Below, in pieces: positions 20,256 through 30,230 of a stretch of 64,000 nt of DNA (position 1 is the first letter of the stretch; every line of letters begins with the position of its first letter). A program made the position numbers and the translations under genes. The notes beneath the pieces were generated by a model, which was not told the DNA's origin, did no database searches, and was given only the letters and a program-made list of their open reading frames with translations. The DNA is taken from NCBI GenBank assembly GCA_963816145.1, contig CAWFJP010000024.1, positions 1-64,000 on the forward strand, in the 5' to 3' direction. The stretch is from an uncultured delta proteobacterium. GTDB taxonomy: Bacteria; Desulfobacterota; Binatia; UBA9968.

Positions 20256-20849
20256 TTATCGCAAAGAGTCCGTTTTCATCGCTGCGACAAGTTCTTTTGA
20301 GCCTGCCCCCCACCGGGAGATAGATTTGAGCGCTTGCGTGAAGGGGACATCCAGGGGATGCACCCGTTCCGGAGCGAGAATGTAGACGGCTCCGGCAAAA
20401 GGCGTGGGCACCGACGGCACGAAAACCGTGAAGCGCCCGTCGTCCAACTCTTCGATAATGAACGCAGGGACAAGCGCCTCCTCAATCTCCACCAAGGCCG
20501 GCTTCCATGCGCTCTCCTCGTCTTTGCCGGCTAACCGTTGCGTCAGGCTGCGAATGAGTGCGTAGCCTGGGATTCTTTCGAAAAGAGATTTCTCGATACG
20601 CTCTCGGACGGCTCGCCCTGCCGGCGTGCGAATGGCAACACCGATAAGAAAGCAGACGATCAACACGAGGAGAAGAGAGAGGGCGTGTTCAGCCGGCAAC
20701 CATGCCGGGAGCAGCATAGCAAAGGGCCGCACAAAACCGACAACGGATTGCATCGCCTTGAACAGCAACAAAACGGAGAGATAAACCGGCACGACGACGA
20801 ACAAGCCGCCAAGGAACGAGCTGACAATGAATCCACAACATTTTTTCAT
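20256..20849 (-). CDS. DUF502 family membrane protein
   Basis: FLGGLFVVVP…RIPGYALIR…TVFVPSVPTPFAG. Confidence 0.85.
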   Translation of the reverse strand: MKKCCGFIVSSFLGGLFVVVPVYLSVLLLFKAMQSVVGFVRPFAMLLPAWLPAEHALSLLLVLIVCFLIGVAIRTPAGRAVRERIEKSLFERIPGYALIRSLTQRLAGKDEESAWKPALVEIEEALVPAFIIEELDDGRFTVFVPSVPTPFAGAVYILAPERVHPLDVPFTQALKSISRWGAGSKELVAAMKTDSLR

Positions 20850-21133
20850 AGCTCAACGCCTTTGGTTTCGATTTCCATCCATTCTCTATGCGCCCAGTCG
20901 CGGGCATAAACTATTTTTTCGCCGCGATTGGAGCTCGCGGGAGGCATAAGATTTTTCGAGTTACACCCGGCCGCCGGTCAACTCGGCAAACTGCAGTCGC
21001 GCATGACACAGGCTCGGGTTCGGCGCGCAAATCACTTACCGGTAGCCGGTCGTAAAACTGTTGCGGCCGGTGCGAAATCGGTCCCTGTAGCTCATTCCCC
21101 CTCCTCGTACCGGGCTTCGACGTTGTCTGCCCC

Positions 21134-22611
21134 CTATGCTTTCGTCAGCGCAAAAACCCGCGCGCTCCAGGGACGCTCATCGAGATATAATCCGCGCCCT
21201 TGCAGATCGTTGCCGTTCCAATCGTAGGTGGCGTCACCGAGCAAGTCCTTGAGCCGCCACTTACTGTCGCCGAGATCGGCAAACGGCAGTCGCACCTGGC
21301 ACTGGCTCTGGTTCGGCGCATAGTTCACCGCCACAATCAGCCGCTCGTCACCAGCGCCTTGCCAGGCAAAAACCAGGAAACAATCCCAGGTCCAGTTGCC
21401 GTCCCAGGCGGGAACGCATTCGAGCAGCTGCCAGTCGCCGTTGCGCACGACGTCGTGGCGCAGCACGGCAAGCAGCCGATCGTAGAATTTCTTCACCCGC
21501 TCATCCACCGGCTCTTCCGGCCCGCGCACCAGATGCGGTGAGATCCGCTTCTTGCGCGCCTCGAATTGTCCCTGGTGAAAGAATCGCAACCCGGGCGATA
21601 GAAAAGTAATCACCGCCGCAGCTTCATGAACTTCCGGCGTAAACGTTGCGGCCGCCCGCGGCTCGTCGTGATTTTCGAGAAAGCGCGCCAGCTTGTTTTG
21701 ATAATCAAGCCCGCGTGAAAATGTTCGCGAACCGGCCGCGCATGTCCCTCACGCAGGCGATCGTAGAGCCGTTTGTCGTAGGCGTAATCGAAACCTTGCT
21801 GCTGCATCGTCCATTCCATGTCCCAGTAAACCTCGGCCATGAAAAGAAATGTCGGATACTTGCGCCGCACCGCCTCGGTCGCCTTGGGCCAGAAGAGCTC
21901 GGTGCGGATGCCCCAGGTGCGTTCGAACACCTCGGGCAGAACCAGCATGGCCATGTCGCAGCGCACGCCGTCGCATTGCCCGGCGATTCTCTCCAGCTCG
22001 CCGATCATCGCTTGCTGCAATTCCGGATTGCCGTAGTTGAGCTGCAGTGTGTCGGGCCAGCCGTCGAAGTACGGGTCGCGGCCGTAGGCGAGCACCACGG
22101 GTCCACGTGAGGTTTCGTAGCGGCGATAATTCTGCGGCGCCCTTGCCAGATCATCCTCGCTGCCGTGGACGAAGTAGTCCGGATGCTCGTCGAGCCACGG
22201 GTGATCCGGCGCCATGTGATTGGGCACAAAGTCGAGCATCAATTTCAGTCCGCGTTGTTGCAGCCGCTGGCGCAAGCGTGCCAGCGCGGCGTCGCCGCCG
22301 AGATCGCGATGCACGGTGTAATTTTGAATGGCGAAGCCGGAGCCGCCGATGTCTTCTTCTTTGAGATCCGGCAGCGTTTCGTGAAACTCCTTGCGCCATC
22401 CGGCATTGCTGCGTGACACCTGCTGCGCCGCCGGGCCGGTCTGCCACACGCTCAGGAACCAGATCCAGTCAAAACCCATTTCCGCCAAGCGATCGCAGCT
22501 CCGCGTCGGGAATGTCATCCAGCGTCGCGCGCCGCCCGAGCTTCGTGACAACTCGGTTAGCCAGACACGGGTGTTGATTTGGTACAGCGAAGGATAGCGC
22601 GGATCGGACAT
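21134..22611 (-). CDS. GH13 alpha-amylase-family glycosidase, frameshifted (about 22530-22500 and 21700)
   Basis: LYQINTRVW; LMLDFVPNH; DGVRCDMAML; AEVYW; C-part PGLRFFHQGQFE. Confidence 0.85.
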
Positions 22612-22639
22612 CTTCTTCCTTTTTTCCTTTCGTCAATTC

Positions 22640-22870
22640 TTTACAGGAGGAAACAGAGGCTTCTTCGAAATCAATCTTGTTATCTCCGTTTGCTCGGTGA
22701 GAGAGGGTCGGGTGTCGAGGGGGGGGAGCGAAACGCGAGGTCGAGGGAACGAGAACCGCAACATCAGCTCTCTTAGTTCCTTGCTCCCTCCGAGTTCCAT
22801 TTTCACTCGACACTCGACCCCCTCGTTCTCGTCCCTCAACCCTTCCCTCGACCCTCGTCACCCGTCACTC
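22640..22870. repeat. Composite REP element between the GH63 relic and GH13 (duplicated at about 30007-30235)
   Basis: About 165 bp gcgaaacgcgaggtcgaggg…cccacttgctc identical to the 30090-30260 copy. Confidence 0.8.
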
Positions 22871-23283
22871 TTTCCCTTCTCCGCCCACTTGCTCCCTTAC
22901 AACCCGGGCCAAGCACGCGCCCGCGCTCGGATTCCAACGCGGCTTTAGCATCGACACGCCCGAAGATGTCCAGGAGAGGAGCGACCAGAGCCGTCCAGCC
23001 TGTCTGGTGGCTGGCCCCAAGCCCCGCACCGTTGTCACCGTGAAAATATTCGTAAAACAAAATCAGATCGCGCCAATGCGGATCGTCCTGGAACTTGGTC
23101 AGCATCAGCAGCAGCTGCTCCTTGGCGAAATCGAAATCCACCAGCGAAAGCGCAATGGTATGAAACGCCAGATCCCAGGCCGCATACCAGGGGTGTTCCC
23201 ACCTGTCCGGCATCGAGATCACGTCGGCATTGAGCATGTGGAACCACTCGGTATTACGCATGTCGTGGCGGGCCGATTCGAGC
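22862..23283 (-). pseudogene. Internally deleted copy of the GH63 glucosidase
   Basis: ESARHD…[16 protein letters not shown]…; equals 31602-31780 joined to 30231-30461 of the intact gene. Confidence 0.9.
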
Positions 23284-23306
23284 TTCGCCTCAGCGGCCCA
23301 CGGAGT

Positions 23307-23400
23307 TGCCAAGAACGCAGCTCGGCCGCGTCGTCTTGATCAGCTCGCCGCTCACCGGCTGGTCGCGCCGTGGAGAGTACCGGTGAACTTGAAGGAAGGC
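23307..23400 (-). pseudogene. Degenerate C-terminal remnant of an arylsulfatase
   Basis: PSFKFTGTLH…VSGELIK/DDAAELR (2 indels), cf. PPFHFTGAIKRVIVDVSGEHVEDYQAQMR of 5714..8068. Confidence 0.55.
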
Positions 23401-23420
23401 TATTGGACCTTAGTCCAATA
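23401..23420. promoter_or_regulatory. Palindromic regulator site
   Basis: tattggac-ctta-gtccaata, perfect. Confidence 0.8.
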
Positions 23421-23477
23421 GGCCCGGCCCGGCCAGCTCTGCCTCGCCGAATATTCGACGATACCGTCTGGGAAAGC

Positions 23478-23497
23478 TATTGGACTAAAGGGCAAGA
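23478..23497 (+). promoter_or_regulatory. Degenerate palindromic site in the opposite orientation
   Basis: tattggac-taaa-gggcaaga; TACTTT at 23518 on +. Confidence 0.5.
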
Positions 23498-23578
23498 CGG
23501 GAATGATAGGGCCATGATACTTTGATGGACCCGGAGCGTACCAACTTGCAACGCAACGTCAGCGCCCCACGTCTGAGC

Positions 23579-24043
23579 TCAATGCGGGTCTTTGCCCGAG
23601 TGGCTATTCTGAGGCCTCGCTTCAAATTGCACCTTGATCAACTGCTGCAGGATCGCCATCAGGGACGCGCTCGTCATGCCAAACATCAGGACTCCATTCG
23701 CAGCCTCGAGGGGACCCATCAGCTTCCATCGCGCGCCCATTACCACGTCACCGTAACCCAACGAGGTGAAGTTCACCGCTGAATGGTAGACCGCCTCGTA
23801 CAGCTGGCTGAATTCGCCCAGGCAGATGAACAAAACTCCCCAGATCACGATCTGGATAAAGTTGCCCAGCATCATGGCGATCATCACGATCAGCAGCGGG
23901 CGGATTTGCGCGATCGGTCCGTTACCGGGTGGCATCCGGCCTGATTGCCGCATGTAGAACTGGACGCTCCAGAAAGTAAAGGCTGCCTGCAACGCCAGGC
24001 ATACCAGCATGATCGGCAGCCCTATCATCAGGTTCATCAGCAT
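23579..24043 (-). CDS. Two-TM ion channel (Ion_trans_2, K+ channel-like)
   Basis: YHSAVNFTSLGYGDVV pore motif; LEAANGVLMFG. Confidence 0.85.
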   Translation of the reverse strand: MLMNLMIGLPIMLVCLALQAAFTFWSVQFYMRQSGRMPPGNGPIAQIRPLLIVMIAMMLGNFIQIVIWGVLFICLGEFSQLYEAVYHSAVNFTSLGYGDVVMGARWKLMGPLEAANGVLMFGMTSASLMAILQQLIKVQFEARPQNSHSGKDPH

Positions 24044-25082
24044 TGTGCTCTCCCTTGATCAGGCGCGCTTGAATACGATCTAGACGCACGCCAGCGTTCA
24101 AGCGCCCACACCGTTGCCCATGCGTAGAGCGCCACCCCGACAAACAGGGTGACGCGGACGACGGAAGCGGCGTAGACGTCCTTTCCGTTCGCGGAATCCT
24201 CGATGGCGGGCCCCAGCAGGATCAGCATCGTCACCAGAGCGTTGGCCCAGAACGAGGGTGCAAAAGAAGTCGGCCTGACTCCAAATAGTTTTGCGCCAGC
24301 CCATAGCGCTGCAGCCACCATCCATAATATCAGCATCCATAGGTTCGGCCGCAGGGTAAGGCCGAACCAGACCAGTGCCGCCATCCATGCTCCCATCAGG
24401 GTGGAGCCCACCAACTCGCGTCCCGCCGACTGCGCGTTGGTGGCTCCGGCCTGCTGGCCCAGCGTCACCGTTTTCATGATGGCCGCCAGATAGAAGGCCG
24501 GGTTGGTCAGCGCCAACACGAATACGGGCATGACGACCAGGGTAGCCTGCAGGGCGCTCCAGCTTGCCGCTTCCGGACTGACGGCAGCGGGTGACGCTGC
24601 GATTTTCGCTGAACGCCGGAGCATCCGGGAAAAAAGCGTGTGAGAGCGCCACTGACCAGAACCCCGGTGCCGAGCCCCACTCCCACAGCTACGCTGAGCA
24701 CGGTGGTCAGGGCCTGATCGGCGACACCGGCCACAGGAATAAAAGTGAGGGCGATCACCAGGAAGATCGTCAGCGGATTTGCACTGCGCGCGCCAGCGAA
24801 GAACACTGCGTAGAGCAATGCGCCGGTCAGCAGGACGCCGGTCACAGGGTAGTTTTCCAGGAGCGGGACCATCAGCACGCCCACCACCAACAGTGCGGCG
24901 ATGACAAAGCCCATCACCGCGCCCTTCAGGAACGGGATCGGCGGCCCTGGCTTGCACAGCAACAACACAGTCAACACGCAGACCACGAATGGCGCCGGTA
25001 GCGCCAGTCCGTAGGCGATCAGCACGGACAGGCCCAGGCCTACGCCCAACCGCAGTACCGCTTTGTCAGCGCGGTCCATCTG
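24037..25082 (-). CDS. DUF2955/FUSC-like inner-membrane protein, frameshifted at about 24630
   Basis: MDRADKAVLRL… continues as …SHAFFPD…/ALQATLVVMP…GRELVGSTLMG…MLILLGPAIEDS. Confidence 0.75.
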
Positions 25083-25088
25083 CCGCAA

Positions 25089-26237
25089 TCAATAGAGATA
25101 CGAAAAGTAGCTCATCAAACTGATGAAGACCCCGGCAAGCCAGTTCATCACGGGGTGGTCTCCTGTGTAGATCAGCACGTCGGCCTGGCCCCCTATTCGC
25201 ACCCCACGCAGCCGCTCGCGTTCGGACGGGTCGAACTCGACGGCTACCGGGAAGCGCTGTGACTGCCGCAGCCAGTCGCGGCTGTTCTCGACCGCAGGCA
25301 GGGTGCCGGGTTGAGGTTGCTTTTCGGGACCGACGCCGGTGCCTACGCTGCGTACGCGCCCCTTCAACACTTCGCCCGGCATCACGTCGAGCACGATCGC
25401 CACCTTGTCGCCGGGTTTGACGTTGCCGAGGTTGTTCTCGGTCATGTCGGCGCTGATCCAGAGATCGTGCATGGCGATCAGAGTCATCGCCGGCGCGCCG
25501 GCCTGCGCAAATTGCCCGACGTCGGTGCGCAGGTCGGTGACCGAACCTCGGGCGGGAGCGACCACTTGAGTACGTTTGAGATCCAGCTCGGCCTTCTCGA
25601 TCGCCGCGCGTGCACTCAACAGTTGCGCGTTCTTTTCACCGCTTTCGCCCGCTGTTTCCTGTGCCTGGCGCAGATCCGCCTCGGCTTTCTTCTCCTGACT
25701 TTGGGCCGCGATCCGGCTGGCCTGTGCACTCTGGACGCGGCGGACAGAGAGCGCGCCTGGATCTTCGGCATGGATCTGTTCCAGTCGCGTCGCATCCTGC
25801 TCTGCGTAGACATGATTTGCCACAGCCGCCTGCAGTGACGCCCTGGCCGCTTCCACCGCCGCCGTCGAGGCATTGACCGAAAGACGCACCGACTCGTAGT
25901 CTGAACGGCTGCGTTCAAGCGCGATCCGGTACTGGGTCGGATCGATATCGAACAGGCGCTGCCCGGGCTGCACCTCATCGTTGTTCTTGACGTGCACCTT
26001 CAGCACGGTGCCCGATACCTCGGCTGCCACCGGCACGACGAAGGCCTGAACCCTGGCCTGCGAGGTATACGGGGTCAGGCGATCCGAAACGAAATACCAG
26101 ACCAGGCTCGCGACGATCAGTATCAGCACGATGATCGCGCCCAGCCGGCTTCCCTTGCCAGGCGCGGACGGCGGTGATTTCTCGGTCGCGTCTATCGGGG
26201 CCGGGGTCTCGTCCGGCTTCGCGGATTCTTGACTCAT
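25089..26237 (-). CDS. HlyD-family membrane fusion protein
   Basis: DRLTPYTSQARVQAFVVPVAAEVSG; WLRQSQRFPV. Confidence 0.9.
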   Translation of the reverse strand: MSQESAKPDETPAPIDATEKSPPSAPGKGSRLGAIIVLILIVASLVWYFVSDRLTPYTSQARVQAFVVPVAAEVSGTVLKVHVKNNDEVQPGQRLFDIDPTQYRIALERSRSDYESVRLSVNASTAAVEAARASLQAAVANHVYAEQDATRLEQIHAEDPGALSVRRVQSAQASRIAAQSQEKKAEADLRQAQETAGESGEKNAQLLSARAAIEKAELDLKRTQVVAPARGSVTDLRTDVGQFAQAGAPAMTLIAMHDLWISADMTENNLGNVKPGDKVAIVLDVMPGEVLKGRVRSVGTGVGPEKQPQPGTLPAVENSRDWLRQSQRFPVAVEFDPSERERLRGVRIGGQADVLIYTGDHPVMNWLAGVFISLMSYFSYLY

Positions 26238-27803
26238 GGTCTTGCCGTTCCGGGACGGCTTTGTGGAGCATCAGCGCCGGGCGCCGGTAGCGGGGCGTCC
26301 AGTAGGCCTTTCCAGTCACTGCGTTGGCCCATGGTTTCGCGCGTCGCATCGTCCAGCACGGGCCGGGTTCGCCCCTGCTCCCAGCCGCCACCCATGGCCT
26401 TGTAAAGGGCAATCAGGTTCTGTGTCAGGTTGCCACGGTTGGTGACCAGAAGCTCCTGTTGGCTGAACAGCGTTCGCTGAGAGTCGAGCACGCGCTCGAA
26501 GTCGGTCAGCCCTTCCCGGTACTGGATGGTGGCAATGTCCAGCGAGCGCTGCGCGGCCTTCACGGCGTCTGCGAGCAGCGCGATCTGCTCTCCGGTCTTG
26601 GCGAAGCCAACCGCGGCGTCGTCGACCTCGCGGGCCGCCCGCAACACCGCGTCCTGATACTGTTCATACAGCTGCTGGAATCGGGCGTCCTGGACCAGTA
26701 CGGAGTTGGTGAGTCGGCCATGGTCGAACACGTTCCAGACCAGGCTCGGGCCGAAGCCCCAACTCAGCACCCGCGGCGCCCCACTCAAAGACGTGGCTGA
26801 CAGTCCAACAGATCCCAACAGCGATATCGACGGATAGAGGTCCGCCACGCTCACGCCGATCAGGGCGGACTGAGCGGCCAACTGCATTTCTGCCGCCCTG
26901 ATGTCCGGGCGGCGGCGCAGCAAATCGGCCGGCATGTCGACGATGACGTCCAGTTCAGCCTGCGGGATCACGTCCTTGCCTGCGGCCATTTCAGGCAATG
27001 GGCCCGGAGCTCTGGCGAGCAATGTGCTCAGTGCATTCTCTGTCTGGCGTTGCACGCCCTCCAGCTGAGGTATGGTGGACAGCGTGCCAAGATACAAGGC
27101 CTTCGCCTGTTGCACATCCAGTTCGGAGTCGGTGCCACCCTTGAATAGCCGCTCGGTAATCTCCAGGCTGCGCTTTTGTAGGGCTGCATTTTCGCGAGCG
27201 ATCACCAGCCTCGCTTCCACGGTACGGATCGAACAGTAGAAGCTGGCCACCTGGGCGGCCATCAGCACTTGCAGGTCATCGTACTGGGCGATGCTGGCGA
27301 AATAGCCGGCATCCGCGGCCTCGATGCTGCGCCTGAACTTGCCCCAGAAATCGATTTCCCAGCCGATGCCCAGCCCGGCGCTGAAAGACAGCGCGCTGAT
27401 GTCCTTTCCGTTTCGACCTTTCCTCTCCCGCCCAGAGCGCATCGCCAGTGGCCTGCTGGACCTGCGGGTAGAGCGTGCTGCCGGCAATCCCGAGTTGGGC
27501 GCGCGCTTCCATGATGCGAAGACCGGCGGTCCGCACGTTGGGATTCACGCGCTGCGCCTCGGCGACGAGGTGGTCGAGCACGGGATCGTTGAAGCTGCGC
27601 CACCACTCCTGAACTAGCCCGCTGCGCAGACCTCGCGTCGCCGCGTCCAGCGACTCGAGTGAACCGCCGGTCCAATCGGCCAGCCAGGAGGGCACTTGGG
27701 GTCGCTTGAAGTCAGGTCCAACCATAGTGCAGCCGCTGAGAAGTGCAGCCGCTGCCAGCCCCACCGCCCGCGTTCGCAATCTATTTGCAGACATGCCCCG
27801 CAC
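26234..27803 (-). CDS. Efflux outer-membrane lipoprotein (NodT/TolC), frameshifted at about 27420
   Basis: LSGCTMVGPDF lipobox; WEIDFWGKFRR; LLRRRPDIRAAE; LYKAMGGGW. Confidence 0.88.
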
Positions 27804-27808
27804 GCCAC

Positions 27809-28933
27809 TCAGCTCGCAGCCTGCGATTTGCGCTCCGTCGGTACCTTGTCAGGATTGGTAGCGACCCACCGCATGAAGATCTGATAACCCAGGGCCAGCA
27901 GGGTTGCGCCGACGAACATCCCCAGGACGCCCTGGGTTGCCAAGCCGCCCAATGCGCCCAGCAGAATGACGACCATCGGCGCATCGACACCTCGACCGAG
28001 CAGCAGCGGTTTCAGCACGTTGTCGAGCATGCCGGCAACTACCAGCAGCACGGTGTAAATAACGGCCGCCACCGTACCGTAGTCCCCACTAGCCCAGATG
28101 TAGACGATGACCGGTAAAGTGACCAGCAGCGCCGGCACCTGCGCGATTCCCAGTATCAGCACTATCAATGCGAGTACGCCTGCAAATGGAACGCCGGCGA
28201 TCATCACTACCAAGCCCACGACGATCGCCTGGATGAACGCCACGCCGAGGACACCTAACGCCACCGCACGGATGGTCGCCGTGGACAGCTTTGCAAATTC
28301 TTCGCCCTGCCCTGTGCCGACGATGCGATCGAAAATGGACACGGTGCTTCTGGCGCCCGACTGGCCGAAGGCCATGATGATTCCGGCAATGATGAAGGAG
28401 ACCAGAAACAGCAACAGCGCGCCGCCGATGCTGGCAACAATCCCCAACACGTTTTTCGCTAGGTCGCCGAGCTTCGGCTGCAGGCTCTGAACGACTGCCG
28501 GCAAATCCGAGTGAGCCTGCGACCAAAGCCCATGGATCCTCTTGCCGACGATCGGCCACTCGGCAACCCCCGGCGAGGGTGCGGGAATCTGCAGGGTGTT
28601 GTCGCGCACACGGCCGATAAAGTCCTGAACTGAATCGCCTAGCTCGAACATCAGCACGGCAGTAGGAATTCCGATCAGCACGATCCCGCCCAGCACCAAC
28701 GTTGTGGCCGCAAGCCCCTGTTTCTCTCCCATTCTGTGCGCCAGCTTTTGATGCGCCGGATAAAGCGTCACTGCCAGGATCAGCGCCCACACCATCAGCG
28801 CGAGAAACGGCGAAAAGATCTGGTAGCATAACACCGCCATAGCGAAGACCAACCCGGCCCGGATGAGGACATCTAGCAGTCGTCCGGACAGACGCTTCTC
28901 GAGATCCAGATCAGGCGTGGAGGGTTCATTCAT
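27809..28933 (-). CDS. AI-2E family transporter
   Basis: WALILAVTLYP…DNVLKPLLLGRGVDAPM…GMFVGATLLA. Confidence 0.9.
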   Translation of the reverse strand: MNEPSTPDLDLEKRLSGRLLDVLIRAGLVFAMAVLCYQIFSPFLALMVWALILAVTLYPAHQKLAHRMGEKQGLAATTLVLGGIVLIGIPTAVLMFELGDSVQDFIGRVRDNTLQIPAPSPGVAEWPIVGKRIHGLWSQAHSDLPAVVQSLQPKLGDLAKNVLGIVASIGGALLLFLVSFIIAGIIMAFGQSGARSTVSIFDRIVGTGQGEEFAKLSTATIRAVALGVLGVAFIQAIVVGLVVMIAGVPFAGVLALIVLILGIAQVPALLVTLPVIVYIWASGDYGTVAAVIYTVLLVVAGMLDNVLKPLLLGRGVDAPMVVILLGALGGLATQGVLGMFVGATLLALGYQIFMRWVATNPDKVPTERKSQAAS

Positions 28934-29090
28934 GGGATCAGCTCCTTCTTCTGCGTTAGTCGTTACCCAACTAATGCGGGTGCAGGACCCGCTATTTCAT
29001 TTCAGCCACGAAAAATATTTCACCGCCTGCGCTTCGGGAACTTCCACGTCCGTTCGAGCTTAGCTTGGGGCCGCTGACGTATCGCGGACG

Positions 29091-29182
29091 ATCGACCTTT
29101 GCGCGATGCTGAAACAATGCGCGCATCTTGTCCCAGAAGTCGCCGCGAGGACGAAGGCGCCCCCGATCAGCACCGAGTCGCC
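29091..29182 (-). pseudogene. C-terminal relic of a 'transporter suffix domain' protein
   Basis: GDSVLIGGAFVL/GDFWDKMRALFQHRAKV with one indel; FVLGGDFWDK.RALF is characteristic of the family. Confidence 0.55.
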
Positions 29183-29223
29183 GCGCTCGAATACAGTCTG
29201 CCGTTCCCGGTACCTAGCCATTT

Positions 29224-29493
29224 TCAGCCCATGCGACGGTACAACTTCACGTGGGCCGCTTCAATCGCGAGCATCGCTACAACGACCACGATCAGGGCCA
29301 CGACCCCATGGAACGGCCCGCCGAAACTCAAGCGGTCGCCGAACGCGAGAGCGAGCGCTTCGAGAATCGCTAACTTGGAGCCGAACAATATCAGCAAGGC
29401 AGTGAACAAGAAGCGCATGAATCTGTTAAAACCTCCCGGTCTCGCGTTGAAGAAGTTGGCAACGCGATGCTCCAGGACGTCTGTAGGCGGCAA
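29224..29493 (-). pseudogene. C-terminal half of a conserved membrane protein, 5'-truncated by the GH13 relic
   Basis: LEHRVANFF…ILFGSKLAILEAL…FGGPFHGVVALIVVV; no plausible start. Confidence 0.55.
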
Positions 29494-29499
29494 AACTTT

Positions 29500-29980
29500 T
29501 GCCGGGCGCGCTCCAGGTCACTCTCACTGCCATGGACAAAGTAGTCCGGGTGCTCATCGCTCCACGGGTGATCCGGGGCCATGTGATTGGGGACAAAGTC
29601 GAGCATCAATTTCAGTCCGCGTTGTTGCAGCCGCTGGCGCAAACGTGCGAGCGCGGCGGCGCCGCCGAGATCGCGATGCACGGTGTAATTTTGAATGGCG
29701 AAGCCGGAGCCGCCGATGTCTTCTTCTTTGAGATCCGGCAGCGTTTCGTGCAAACTCCTTGCACCATCCGGCGATTGCTGCGTGACACCTGCTGCGCCGC
29801 CGGGCCGGTCTGCCAAACGCTCAGGAACCAGATCCAGTCAAAACCCAGCTCTGCCAGTCGATCCAGCTCGGCGTCGGTAATATCGTCCAGGGTCGCGTGC
29901 GTGCCGAGAGCGCGAGACAACTCGGTCAACCAGACGCGGGTATTGATTTGGTACAGCGAAGGATAGCGCGGATCGGACAT
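29500..29980 (-). pseudogene. 5' fragment of a second GH13 copy
   Basis: MSDPRYPSLYQINTRVW…LMLDFVPNH…HGSESDLERA, then an abrupt junction. Confidence 0.88.
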
Positions 29981-30230
29981 CTTTTCCTTTTCCATCTCGT
30001 CAATTCTTACAGAGGAAACAGAGGCTTCTTCGAAATCAATCTTGTTACCGTTTGCTCCTGTGAGAAAGTGTCGAGTAACAAGTGTCGAGGGGGGCGAAAC
30101 GCGAGGTCGAGGGAACGAGAACCGCAACATCAGCTCTCTTAGTTCCTTGCTCCCTCCGAGTTCCATTTTCACTCGACACTCGACCCCCTCGTTCTCGTCC
30201 CTCAACCCTTCCCTCGACCCTCGTCACCCG

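Noticed and set aside
22469-22948. Repeated small ORFs MTRVEGRVEG…/MRDENEGVEC… (also at about 30045-30227)
   Set aside because: Translations of the duplicated REP element, not genes.
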